A stretch of 64,000 bases of DNA from IMG/VR virus record IMGVR_UViG_3300021399_000098. One strand, given 5' to 3'. The position numbers and the translations under genes were made by a program. Positions within the stretch are counted from its first letter, which is position 1; the number at the start of each line of letters is the position of its first letter. Under the pieces are notes generated by a model. That model did not search any database and had not been told where the DNA came from. It saw nothing but the letters and a program-made list of their open reading frames with translations. The DNA is from a virus. Lineage: Duplodnaviria; Caudoviricetes. Positions 48,785 to 58,611 of this stretch are shown in pieces.

Positions 48785-51700
48785 TTAATAATTTCTAACG
48801 TCATCATAAGTGCCCCTTACATTATCAAAGCCCCTATTATCGAATTGCATGTTTCTTCTGATGTTTGGAGTAAACTTGTCTAACGCCCTAATATAAACAA
48901 CGCTCTTAGGTTTCATCTTAATTTCATCCCATTGGACGCAGAGGCAATAATTATACCCTATAAGGTTTGATAGCCAAGTGTCCGTAAAGCACTTGTAAAG
49001 CTTTCCTTGCTTGTTATCTTCCCTTGACTGCATAAGTACGCCATTGTTGCAAATAAAGTCCTTCAGAACCTTTCTTTCGGTTTCCCAACGCTTTTTATAT
49101 GGGTTTGAATTACTGCTTCCGTCTAATGCGAACTCTTCCTTTAGAACTGTGATATATTTCTTTACAGATTCATCAACGTGAATGTTTTTTTCCTTAAACC
49201 ACTCAATGTTTTTTTGCATGTATTTCGCAATTAATGCTTCTTTGTCTTTAACAATAGCATGATTAAGCAATTCAAAATTAAACAATACGTATTCAGTATC
49301 AAACTCAAAACCATCAATACCTAATGATAGGTATAATTTTGACAACTGTTTATCAGGGTCTCCATCAGAATACCACAATAAAGGTATGTGGTTATTTAAG
49401 TAGAAATAAGTTAAATCATTTTCATCACTTTCCGAAATAACTTGAATGATGGCATTTAGCAAATCTTTGTCAACAGTATTATCATATTCTTCAATCATTG
49501 AAGAAATTCTGTTATAGTCTCTGTTGTTTTTTGCATTATCAAGTTCATTTTGTAACAAATAATATTCTTTTTGTTTGTCCAAGAAAATATTATTGTCTTT
49601 GTTAATCTTATCCCTTAAATTAATAATGTCAAAACCATTTATATTTGCTATTATATAATGTCCATCTGTATAAGTGGTATATTTTTCGCATTTATATGCG
49701 TGGGCTGTAAAATATATTCCATAGCCGTATGTTCCTCTGCTTCCACCTTTTATCCTTGTTGGGTCAACAGTATCCCACTCTGTTCCATTTCCATCTTCTC
49801 CAGTGCCATGAAAAACATATCCATCTTCTGCCATTTCGCCAATAACCTTATATCTAGCCATTTGGTTATTCCTGAAAATGTCGTATCTAGCACCTTCCGT
49901 TACAGACTCTGTAATTGAATTCGTCTTGTCATAAACAACATTAGAAATCTTCCAAAGACGGTCAAGATAACCTGTTCTGCGAAGTATCTTATACACGATG
50001 TTTCCGCTTCCGCTTTCACCATGCTTCTCAAGACTGCTCTTGCGCATTTCCTTTACCTTTTTCCAAAGATAATCTGCATCATCACCAATCTGTTCTATTT
50101 CATAAGAATCATCCGTAGCTGCAAGAGCGTCATACATATCGTCAATGATTGTCATGATTTTTGCTGCCTTGTCCTTAATTGGAAACTTGTTCAACCTTAT
50201 TGGTTTAATATCATCAGGATTTGGCTCTTTTATCCAATCATTTTCCTCCAAGTCATAAATACCATTGGATTCAGGCATTTCTCCAACATTCTGAACATAA
50301 AGCTCAACTTGGTATCCCATTATCTGAAGACCTTTATGCTCATTATTCCATTCATTTTTCTTTGCATCTAAATAATCACGGACGAACTCTGTCTTTTCAT
50401 CAATTTCATCAAAATCTACGATAAGATGTAGGTCAATGTCAGAATATTGAGACCAATTGAAATTACAGATTGAACCTGTTAATATTATGCCACTAGGCTC
50501 AACCCAAGTCAAATTTACATATTTCCAAAAATCGTCTGCAATGTCTAATAGCTTAAGCCTAATTCTTGAATCTAGTTTGCCATCTGGTTTCCATATATTT
50601 GGAACTAATTCATGTTTTTTCTTGAATGAAGACAAATCTATTTCAGAACTATCTACCTCAAAATCAAAATTCTCTTTAATTGATTCTAATTGATTTTCAT
50701 GAATTAATATCTTCTTATTTTTATTCTTTGATTCACTTAACGATAAATTACCGCTAGTGTCAAGTTTATATACATTACCATTAAGTTTAACCCTACCAAA
50801 ACCTTCTTTGAAATCGCCAACATAGTCAAACCATTGGTCACTTAAAAACCTACCTTCTTGATTGATGTAATTCCACTTGCCATTAAGTTTAACCCTACCA
50901 AAACCTTCACTGAAGAAATAGTCAGCATAATCAAACCATTGGTCACTTAAAAACTTACATTCTTGAGTAATATAATTATACTTGTTATTAAGTTTAACCA
51001 TAGCAAAACCTCCATAGAAATTGCCAGCATCGTCAAACCATTGGCCGCTTAAAAGTTTACCTTTTTGATTGATGAAATTCCACTTGTCATTAAGCTCAAC
51101 CGCAGCAAAACCTTCATTGAAATTGTAAACATCGTCAAACTCAAACCATTGGTTACTTAAAAACTTACATTCTTGATTAATGAAATTCCACTTGCCATTA
51201 AGTTGAACCCTAGCAAAACCTTCACGGAATTCGTCACCATAGTCAAACCATTGGTTACTTAAAAACTTACATTCTTGAGTAATATAATTATGCTTGTTAT
51301 TAAGTTTAACCATAGCAAAACCTCCATAGAAATCGCCAACATAGTCAAACCATTGGTCACTTAAAAACCTACCTTCTTGGTTGATGAAATTATACTTATC
51401 ATTAAGATTAACCCTAGCAAAACCTTCACGGAAATAGTCAACACTATCAAATATAGTACGAGGGTCTTCTCCATTTCCTAGACGTTGTATAGCATTAGTT
51501 AATAAGTCTTTCCACTTGTTGTTTGGCTTAAACACATCAAAGAAATTCATACCAATTACTTGGCTCACTTCCTTTGCGTTCATAATACTGTCATCACCAC
51601 CATTGTCATGATTCCAACGACAAGTGCAAGTGTTCAGCATACCATTTTCATTAACACTCACAGCTATCATAGAAAGTCCATACTCATCCAATGGACAGCC

Positions 51701-53788
51701 TTCAGATGGCACTTCCTCAACATTCTCAAAGCCATTTCTTAAGCAAAAATAGAACTGGTTTATACCATCACTAGTGTAGGAATCGAACATATTCTCATCG
51801 TGCGTCACACACCAAGATACGTAATCACCGTATTCCTCTGCTTGTTCAAATGAATCAATCCTTACAATCTCATAATCAGAAGGGGTGTTAAACACCATTT
51901 GGCCAATTTCAGCCTTCTCAGCCTCAAGATTGTCACTCATTGCTTTTGAAAACCTTTGAACGAGTTCTTGACAAGACATTCCATTTAAGTTTCTATCATA
52001 CTCATTGATATGAGCATCTGAAGCAACAAGTTTCAACGTTGAATTAAGGTTGCCAATATCATTGGCAGTCCTTAGTTCACCGTCACAGAACATCCTTGTC
52101 ACGCCAAGGATGAACTTACCTCCTTGTGGCGTTCTTAACATTGGTATATCATTTCTGAGCTTAATCCTTATAAATTCATCAGCTTCTTGCTCATTATAGT
52201 TAAGCCTTTGCATCACAAGCTTTTTTGCTGCTGCAATAGACTTTGATTCTTGTGACTCTATAATTAAATGAGAATTATTCATGTTTTTATTTTCATATTG
52301 CACGTTTCCCATTGGTTTTATTCCATCCTCATAATATCTCCTTATATCTGCAACAACAGCTTGAGGTTTAGCATCTGAGTATGAAACTGAATGCAAGGTA
52401 TTTCCTTTGTCATCGGTAAAATCTATGTCAACGTCAACAGCCTTTCTCACAAAATCCTTTATTGCGTAGAATTGTTCATTTGTAGGCTCTTTCGTCATAT
52501 CGAGTATTCCGCTATTGACATCGCATCTAATTGCTCCATGATTCATAAAATCAACAACGTAGTTATAACGGTACTCGTCATCCCATATTTTTATCCCATT
52601 CTGTTTATAGACAGCTGCTATTTGTCTATGGTCTGTTTCTCTATATCCATCACTTCCAAAATTCAACAATTTCCCATCTGGAAGAATATATCCAGCTTGG
52701 TTTAATCTGCTAGTTAAGCCAAACTCTTCGATGGCTAAAGAAATAATATCATAAATTTCTTTTGGTTGTTCTAAATCCTTTTCGCTTTCTTCTTTGTTAT
52801 TTTCGTTAGTCCAAAGTTTAGTAATTTTATGAAGTCTATCACTTAATGCTGTATATATCTTAATATCTTTTGGGTCTACACTTATTTCTGGGTGTGTCTT
52901 TTTCATCCAAGAGCTTATATACCAACCATCAGTACCATATTTTTCTTTTCCTTGCTTCAAAAAATATTGTAGGTCGTAATTTACCTTATTAAACAAATCG
53001 TCATATTTATTTTCTACAATTTGTTTTTTAGAGTTTTTTGATTCATAATATTCATTTCCTTGCGGTATTATACCTTCTGAATAAAATCTAGCAGATTCAT
53101 TGATGTGATAACCGTTACCGCCTACTGGTGGATTATCACTTTCAGCGCCAATTTCATATTCATCAACCTCTGGTGCTGCTTCGTTCACACTTTCATTAAT
53201 GTTTTCCCCAAGTATGTTCTTCATAATCATTGGGAAATACTTCTCCCACTTACGAAACAGCAAATTAGGGAACATTGTTTCATTGTCTTGCACCTCATCC
53301 ATGAAATAATCGAACAAATTTCCAACTCTTTCTAAAGGGTAGCTTTCACCTTCCTTCACATACCTTTCATAATTTCTTTTAATTGCACCGCTTGACATTC
53401 CACAAATCTTTTCTATCTTAAGGTTGTATGCAGAAATATCTAACTCGTCATCCTTTGAAACAGCTTCGGAGTTGTTCATCATGTTGAACTTCTCTTCAAA
53501 CTCATTACTTGGAACTTCTATTGAAAACAATGCCCCTCTGTTGAAATTGTCTCCTTCTTTCAACGAAAACCAATTCATACCATAAGTCTCACCATTTTGT
53601 CTTCCACGCTTTGCAGACATTATACCACTTTCCATGATTATTAGCAAAGCATCAACAGTAGTTCCATGATACAATTTGACAGAAACGTCATTATGGCTGA
53701 CACCATCAGTGCCAACCATAACTTCGTTTAATCTATTTTTAATCATTATTAAACTGTCTTCACTAAATCTAACAGTCTTACTCATCAA
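48785..53788 (-). CDS. 1667-aa polyvalent polyprotein: ART-like, GYILPDG domain, SWC domain, WG repeats, nucleotidyltransferase, second ART-like
   Basis: LYHGT; AGYILPDG..DHR; SWCVT; WG repeats; TGS..NFNW..YSDIDLH; VFHGT..YGYGIYFT..EYVLF. Confidence 0.7.
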   Translation of the reverse strand: MMSKTVRFSEDSLIMIKNRLNEVMVGTDGVSHNDVSVKLYHGTTVDALLIIMESGIMSAKRGRQNGETYGMNWFSLKEGDNFNRGALFSIEVPSNEFEEKFNMMNNSEAVSKDDELDISAYNLKIEKICGMSSGAIKRNYERYVKEGESYPLERVGNLFDYFMDEVQDNETMFPNLLFRKWEKYFPMIMKNILGENINESVNEAAPEVDEYEIGAESDNPPVGGNGYHINESARFYSEGIIPQGNEYYESKNSKKQIVENKYDDLFNKVNYDLQYFLKQGKEKYGTDGWYISSWMKKTHPEISVDPKDIKIYTALSDRLHKITKLWTNENNKEESEKDLEQPKEIYDIISLAIEEFGLTSRLNQAGYILPDGKLLNFGSDGYRETDHRQIAAVYKQNGIKIWDDEYRYNYVVDFMNHGAIRCDVNSGILDMTKEPTNEQFYAIKDFVRKAVDVDIDFTDDKGNTLHSVSYSDAKPQAVVADIRRYYEDGIKPMGNVQYENKNMNNSHLIIESQESKSIAAAKKLVMQRLNYNEQEADEFIRIKLRNDIPMLRTPQGGKFILGVTRMFCDGELRTANDIGNLNSTLKLVASDAHINEYDRNLNGMSCQELVQRFSKAMSDNLEAEKAEIGQMVFNTPSDYEIVRIDSFEQAEEYGDYVSWCVTHDENMFDSYTSDGINQFYFCLRNGFENVEEVPSEGCPLDEYGLSMIAVSVNENGMLNTCTCRWNHDNGGDDSIMNAKEVSQVIGMNFFDVFKPNNKWKDLLTNAIQRLGNGEDPRTIFDSVDYFREGFARVNLNDKYNFINQEGRFLSDQWFDYVGDFYGGFAMVKLNNKHNYITQECKFLSNQWFDYGDEFREGFARVQLNGKWNFINQECKFLSNQWFEFDDVYNFNEGFAAVELNDKWNFINQKGKLLSGQWFDDAGNFYGGFAMVKLNNKYNYITQECKFLSDQWFDYADYFFSEGFGRVKLNGKWNYINQEGRFLSDQWFDYVGDFKEGFGRVKLNGNVYKLDTSGNLSLSESKNKNKKILIHENQLESIKENFDFEVDSSEIDLSSFKKKHELVPNIWKPDGKLDSRIRLKLLDIADDFWKYVNLTWVEPSGIILTGSICNFNWSQYSDIDLHLIVDFDEIDEKTEFVRDYLDAKKNEWNNEHKGLQIMGYQVELYVQNVGEMPESNGIYDLEENDWIKEPNPDDIKPIRLNKFPIKDKAAKIMTIIDDMYDALAATDDSYEIEQIGDDADYLWKKVKEMRKSSLEKHGESGSGNIVYKILRRTGYLDRLWKISNVVYDKTNSITESVTEGARYDIFRNNQMARYKVIGEMAEDGYVFHGTGEDGNGTEWDTVDPTRIKGGSRGTYGYGIYFTAHAYKCEKYTTYTDGHYIIANINGFDIINLRDKINKDNNIFLDKQKEYYLLQNELDNAKNNRDYNRISSMIEEYDNTVDKDLLNAIIQVISESDENDLTYFYLNNHIPLLWYSDGDPDKQLSKLYLSLGIDGFEFDTEYVLFNFELLNHAIVKDKEALIAKYMQKNIEWFKEKNIHVDESVKKYITVLKEEFALDGSSNSNPYKKRWETERKVLKDFICNNGVLMQSREDNKQGKLYKCFTDTWLSNLIGYNYCLCVQWDEIKMKPKSVVYIRALDKFTPNIRRNMQFDNRGFDNVRGTYDDVRNY
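50780..51450 (-). repeat. WG-type beta repeats (about 34 aa / 102 bp, roughly 6.5 copies)
   Basis: F.EGFA.V.LN.K.N.I.QE..FLS.QWFD units; nucleotide repeat aaaccattggt(c/t)acttaaaaac. Confidence 0.9.
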
Positions 53789-53808
53789 TAAAATTTAAAA
53801 CACAAACA

Positions 53809-54129
53809 TTAGTTTTCACAATCATATGCCCACTGGTATGTACCTTTACCGCCACACTTACAAATCTGCTGTCTAAGGTCAGTATAGTTTGCACCGTTCT
53901 CACCAACAAACTGAGGAACTTCCTTGTACTTGTTAGCATTTTCAGTTGGAAGAGCTTCTTGGTATCCAGTGATGTTCCAATCATTAGATGAGAATGTCTT
54001 CATGCCATTGTCACTGTAGCCATCCTTATCCAATGCAGTCTTATATGAGTCTACGTCTGTATAAAGCAATTGGTTATCCATATCATAACCATAACCTTCA
54101 TACATGTAATCTAATATGTTAGTAACCAT
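53809..54129 (-). CDS. hypothetical late protein
   Basis: TATTTATA at 54163-54170; first gene of the polyprotein operon. Confidence 0.55.
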   Translation of the reverse strand: MVTNILDYMYEGYGYDMDNQLLYTDVDSYKTALDKDGYSDNGMKTFSSNDWNITGYQEALPTENANKYKEVPQFVGENGANYTDLRQQICKCGGKGTYQWAYDCEN

Positions 54130-54207
54130 AATTTAAAAATATTTTATTTTGTTATTTTTTTCTATAAATATTACCCAATAAAAAAAGGTACTACAAACGT
54201 AGCACCT

Positions 54208-54765
54208 TTATTTGTTAAAAACAGCGAAAAATCCATTTGAATTTCCTTCTTCGTCTTTTTTGCTTGCCAATTCTATAATGTCTGACATCGGAACTTTCAT
54301 AGTTAAGTCGTTATGACCCCAATAACTTCTAGTGTATGGTACAAAAAAATCTTTTGGCCTATACGTAATTGGTTTTTTATCTCCTAGCTTCTCTTCGGCA
54401 TATTTCCTAAGAATATCTCTCTTGATATAAACAATTTGTGTAAACGTCTTGAACGCAAGATATTCTTCTTTACCGTAAAGCCATCCAGGAAGACCAGGAT
54501 TGTTACGAAACTCAAGCCATTGGAAAGTATCATCATACTCACCTTCATCGTTTTTACGGATACCTTTCACATCCATTCCGATGCGTCCTTTTTTTGGTGA
54601 ATCCCACCAGAAATCCACGTGTAACGATTTATCTTCCCACTCAGTAGATTTCTCTACCTCTCCACCAAAAGTGTCCTTTGTAATCTGCATTACTTCGTAT
54701 TCGACCTTTCCATATAGTTTCCTATATTCCTCTTGTCTTTGTTTTATATATCTTGATACAGCCAT
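54208..54765 (-). CDS. PD-(D/E)XK nuclease-like protein
   Basis: HVDFW...MDVKG...WLEF..PGWL. Confidence 0.55.
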   Translation of the reverse strand: MAVSRYIKQRQEEYRKLYGKVEYEVMQITKDTFGGEVEKSTEWEDKSLHVDFWWDSPKKGRIGMDVKGIRKNDEGEYDDTFQWLEFRNNPGLPGWLYGKEEYLAFKTFTQIVYIKRDILRKYAEEKLGDKKPITYRPKDFFVPYTRSYWGHNDLTMKVPMSDIIELASKKDEEGNSNGFFAVFNK

Positions 54766-55982
54766 TATCCTACATTTAATGGATACTTAATCGGTGGGTC
54801 TGGATTATATCCAATAATTTCAAAATCATCATATTTGAAATCTTCAATTTTCTCCACCTTTCGGTTTATTTTTAAAATTGGTAACTCATTACCTTTTCTT
54901 CCAAGTTGTTCTCTAACTCCGTCAAAATGATTGCTGTAAATGTGGCAATCGCCAAGAGAACCAATCAACATATCTGGTTCCATGTTAACCAAACTAGCTA
55001 TCATGTGAGTTAAAAATGCATAGCTTGCAATATTAAAAGGAAGTCCACATGCACAATCTACACTGCGCTGAACCCACATACAGCTTAATCCATATACAGG
55101 TATTCCTTCCTTATCCAACTCCTTCTTAAGTTCTTTTTTACGTTCCTTCCTTGTCCAAGGGCTGACAGCCTCACCATAGGTTTCAACATACTCATTTGTT
55201 CCATGTTCATTAAGAGGCTCATCTAAGTGTCTTTTCCTATAAGACTCCCATCTTTCATTATCTGTAAGACCTCTAGTGTAAAACTGGAACATCACATGAC
55301 AAGGCGGTAAAGCCATATCCCCAATTTGGTCTGGGTTATAAGCAACGCACAACATTCTTCTGTCGTTTGGATTTGTTCTAAGAGTATCTATGATGTTTTG
55401 TATTTGGTCAGTATAACCATTGCCACCAAAACACCTCCATTGTTTTCCATAAACTGGACCTAAGTCACCAAATCTATACCTAGACATGAAAGAACCCCAA
55501 ATTTCAACCCTCTGCAACGTAAGGTCTATGAATTCTTCCTTGGTAATGTTTTGAAGCCATTCAGCATCATCTTTCCTTAGTTCATTTTCAATCCAATACT
55601 CAAACTCACCCTTGTGCAGCACTGACGTTTCGTCATCGTTAACACAAACCATATATTGTTTTGGCTTAAACTCTTTTGAAATTGTGTTTTTAAACCAACG
55701 GTAAGCGTCATCATCCCAAATATGTACACCATTTCTGATAAGGTATTCAATGTTCATGCTATTGTGGGAATTATATGACCTCTGTAAAAACCACAACAGT
55801 TCGTGCAATATGCCCTTTGTGAATACCTTTTTTGTGGTCAACAATGGAAAACCTTCTTTAAGGTCAAACCTCAACTGTGCACCAAATACAGACTTAACAT
55901 GGCCAGCTCTAGTATCTTTTTCATAACCATACATCATGATATTGTTCAATAAATGAAGATATACGGAATCAACTTTGTTCAT
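54765..55982 (-). CDS. thyA: thymidylate synthase with insertions
   Basis: FPLLTTKK, ELLWFL, LGPVYGKQWR, MALPPCH, QRSVD..GLPFNIASY and GDCHIY. Confidence 0.95.
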   Translation of the reverse strand: MNKVDSVYLHLLNNIMMYGYEKDTRAGHVKSVFGAQLRFDLKEGFPLLTTKKVFTKGILHELLWFLQRSYNSHNSMNIEYLIRNGVHIWDDDAYRWFKNTISKEFKPKQYMVCVNDDETSVLHKGEFEYWIENELRKDDAEWLQNITKEEFIDLTLQRVEIWGSFMSRYRFGDLGPVYGKQWRCFGGNGYTDQIQNIIDTLRTNPNDRRMLCVAYNPDQIGDMALPPCHVMFQFYTRGLTDNERWESYRKRHLDEPLNEHGTNEYVETYGEAVSPWTRKERKKELKKELDKEGIPVYGLSCMWVQRSVDCACGLPFNIASYAFLTHMIASLVNMEPDMLIGSLGDCHIYSNHFDGVREQLGRKGNELPILKINRKVEKIEDFKYDDFEIIGYNPDPPIKYPLNVG

Positions 55983-56445
55983 TTTTCAAGCTATCAATGT
56001 ATTGCATTATTATTGGAGAATTGCCAATAAACTCGCCAAAATGAGACAATTTATGTTTATAGCAATTTTCAGATTCATCATCGTCTATTTCCTTTACCCA
56101 CTTGGCAAAATCCTTATCCAAAGCTTGTATGTACTTTGGCTTTACTCTTTTCCTGACTTGATTTTCAATGAATTCACCCCTTCTTTCTTCCGAAGGATAG
56201 AACACGTCATAATCTACAGCTTTGGCATTGAAAGCCTCTCTAATCTTTTCTGAGGAGTCAATGAAAACAATGTCATTTTCATCAACAACAGACAAAACCT
56301 TATTGACATAACCATCTAATGCGTCATCTGTGACCTCATCCATTGGGATTTCTTCAACTGCATCAAATATCTTAACCTTATCACCATAAGAGTTTTTTAG
56401 ATATTCTCTACCACAACCAATAAAACTACTAATTATTATTCCCAT
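55969..56445 (-). CDS. P-loop kinase-like protein (degenerate Walker A)
   Basis: IIISSFIGCGREY, where GxGKT would be expected. Confidence 0.45.
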   Translation of the reverse strand: MGIIISSFIGCGREYLKNSYGDKVKIFDAVEEIPMDEVTDDALDGYVNKVLSVVDENDIVFIDSSEKIREAFNAKAVDYDVFYPSEERRGEFIENQVRKRVKPKYIQALDKDFAKWVKEIDDDESENCYKHKLSHFGEFIGNSPIIMQYIDSLKNEQS

Positions 56446-56648
56446 ACGTTATAGTCAAATTCTTTAGGTTTATTTTCTTCACTTTTATTGTCTTTTATAC
56501 CAAAATTGACAACTTCGCAATTCTCTTTTGTACAACCATCACTATATCCCCAAGTTATTTCTAACTCGTTATAGTAATTATCGCCAATATTAACAACAGC
56601 ATCTTGATTAAACTGTTTTAACTGCTCTATCAATGCTCCAAGTTTCAT
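56436..56648 (-). CDS. hypothetical protein
   Basis: 70-aa ORF (LIEQLKQFNQDAVV). Confidence 0.55.
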   Translation of the reverse strand: MKLGALIEQLKQFNQDAVVNIGDNYYNELEITWGYSDGCTKENCEVVNFGIKDNKSEENKPKEFDYNVWE

Positions 56649-56919
56649 TTTTTTCTATACGTTCTTTTAACCTGTTTAATTTATATTCCTTTTCTTTTTC
56701 AAAAGCTTCATATCCAAATAACGTTGCCATCTGTTCAACCATTATTGAAACGTCTGCAAGTTCTGTTATCACGTCTTTCTCTTCAACGCGCATACGGTCA
56801 AACTTTCCAATTGCTGAAAACAATTCACCAACCTCTTCCATCAGCATTTTCTGTTGGGCTAGAACTCCCCATTTAGAAAGGGCTTTCTGATAAAGTTCTA
56901 TCCTTTTCTCTTTCTCCAT
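56608..56919 (-). CDS. MazG-like NTP pyrophosphohydrolase
   Basis: EEVGEL...ELADV; start is probably MEKEKR at 56919. Confidence 0.75.
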   Translation of the reverse strand: MEKEKRIELYQKALSKWGVLAQQKMLMEEVGELFSAIGKFDRMRVEEKDVITELADVSIMVEQMATLFGYEAFEKEKEYKLNRLKERIEKNETWSIDRAVKTV

Positions 56920-57394
56920 CTTCAATGAAATTTTTACCTTCAGTGTATAACTGCTTTCCAACAGCCTCCAATGCGGAGCAAATCGTGTTAAATGCAGCCT
57001 CTGTTATTTTTACATCCTTTTCACAAATCACTTTATCCTTATTGTCTTTCATTGTGAATTTGCCATCATCGTAATATACGAATATACCATCTTCCATTCG
57101 GAATGTCAATTCACCATCTAGAGTTGCAAGGTCAGCGTTTTCTAGCTTCTCATACTCATATCCTTTCGGCTTAATGAATTCATTAAGTGCCTTTCCTTGA
57201 GACGATGCATCGCGGAAAAGCAAATAATCGCGCACATCCACGTTTTTATACTCATACTGAGTACCATTATTAAATACAACCTTAAGTGTTTTTAGTGCAT
57301 TATCGTGGTCAACACACTCAGAATACTTAATGTTGGATGACTGATACCAAGTCCTATCAACATCATTTGAATACAAATTAAAAATTTTACTCAT
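56873..57394 (-). CDS. KTSC-domain protein
   Basis: SSNIK...LKVVFNNGTQYEYKNV...ASSQGKALNEFIK. Confidence 0.75.
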   Translation of the reverse strand: MSKIFNLYSNDVDRTWYQSSNIKYSECVDHDNALKTLKVVFNNGTQYEYKNVDVRDYLLFRDASSQGKALNEFIKPKGYEYEKLENADLATLDGELTFRMEDGIFVYYDDGKFTMKDNKDKVICEKDVKITEAAFNTICSALEAVGKQLYTEGKNFIEDGEREKDRTLSESPF

Positions 57395-58496
57395 AACTTT
57401 GCCTGTCTATCGCTTTTACAATTGGAAACCTAAGTAAACCGTCAATTGTTATACCAAAATAACAAACTGTTGCCATTTTACCTATGTATTTTTCCTTATT
57501 TTCTAATATTTCTTTACATTTATCGTCTGGAAATGCCAACGTAGCGTTGCAAACAGCACCATTTTTAAGTTTAACTGTTACACTCTCAGCTATCGTTTGG
57601 TTTTTCCCTATGTTCACATCAAGAATTTCAAACTCTTCGTCAACAAATTCCTTGTATTTCAACAAATTATTGCTCCTTTTATGTTCGTATGGGTCATCTG
57701 TCCTAATTATAGCACCCTCATACCCATCTGAAACGAATTTCCTGAAATATTCATCCACTTCATCGGAGCTTCCTATTTTAAATGTAGGAACAATTACCAC
57801 ATTTTCAAGATTAAACAAGAATTGATTTATAATTGAATTTCTGTCTGTGAATGACATGTTTGGATTGTCATCTACCCAGAGGTCATAAACGTAATACTTG
57901 ACAGTTGACTCAATTTCTTGTCTGTCTTTATCTGTTATCTTCTGTTTCTTTACCAAAGAAACGATTTTGTTGAAATTGTCATGCAGTTCATGGTTGTACA
58001 ATTCCCCATCTAAGTGTATTAGCGGATGCGCCTTGAAAAATTCTTCCAACTCAACTTCAATGTGCTTGGTTGAATTGAATGGCTTGTTCCTGCGACTGAT
58101 GGCTTGTATCTTACCATCCTTCAATGACATATTACACCTTATACCATCTAGTTTCGGTTGTATATATTTCATATTGTCCGCATACAACTTATTATATATC
58201 TTAGCTAGCATTGGAGGTTGGAATTCAACGTCATTTACAGTTTCTATGTCAGTAACAAAATTCTCCATAGACTGTTTTTTCTTCCATATTGCAGTTGCTT
58301 CCAACACGGCTTGCTCATCATCAGATGTCTCATTTGAACGTCCCTTGTTCTTTCCAACGCAATACGTTTTTTCAGACTGTTGTATTGCTCCATTTACTTT
58401 TCCAAACTCAGTCCAATAACAGTTTTCTTCAATGAAAATTGTCCATTTGTTGATGGTTTGATTTACAGTTAATTTGTATAATGTTGGCAAATTCAT
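57387..58496 (-). CDS. lig: ATP-dependent DNA ligase
   Basis: PMLA, QPKLDGIRC, LDGELY, GYEGAIIR, LLKYK and LRFP. TAnnTTTG promoter at 58509-58539. Confidence 0.92.
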   Translation of the reverse strand: MNLPTLYKLTVNQTINKWTIFIEENCYWTEFGKVNGAIQQSEKTYCVGKNKGRSNETSDDEQAVLEATAIWKKKQSMENFVTDIETVNDVEFQPPMLAKIYNKLYADNMKYIQPKLDGIRCNMSLKDGKIQAISRRNKPFNSTKHIEVELEEFFKAHPLIHLDGELYNHELHDNFNKIVSLVKKQKITDKDRQEIESTVKYYVYDLWVDDNPNMSFTDRNSIINQFLFNLENVVIVPTFKIGSSDEVDEYFRKFVSDGYEGAIIRTDDPYEHKRSNNLLKYKEFVDEEFEILDVNIGKNQTIAESVTVKLKNGAVCNATLAFPDDKCKEILENKEKYIGKMATVCYFGITIDGLLRFPIVKAIDRQSYE

Positions 58497-58611
58497 TTTA
58501 TTTTTTGGCAAAGATATATAAAAAAATGTTAAAAACAAAATTTATTATGAACAATTTTACTTGATTTTTGCCTGACAATGATTATATTTTAAATGTAAAA
58601 TTGAAAAAATT

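Noticed and set aside
50780-51450. Possible diversity-generating retroelement TR/VR pair
   Set aside because: All copies are tandem and coding, the differences do not look adenine-restricted, and there is no reverse transcriptase in the window.
54765-55982. Intein or intron in ThyA, or a dCMP hydroxymethylase identity
   Set aside because: The insertions are short and lack intein terminal motifs, the frame is uninterrupted, and the dUMP-specific Asn is retained.
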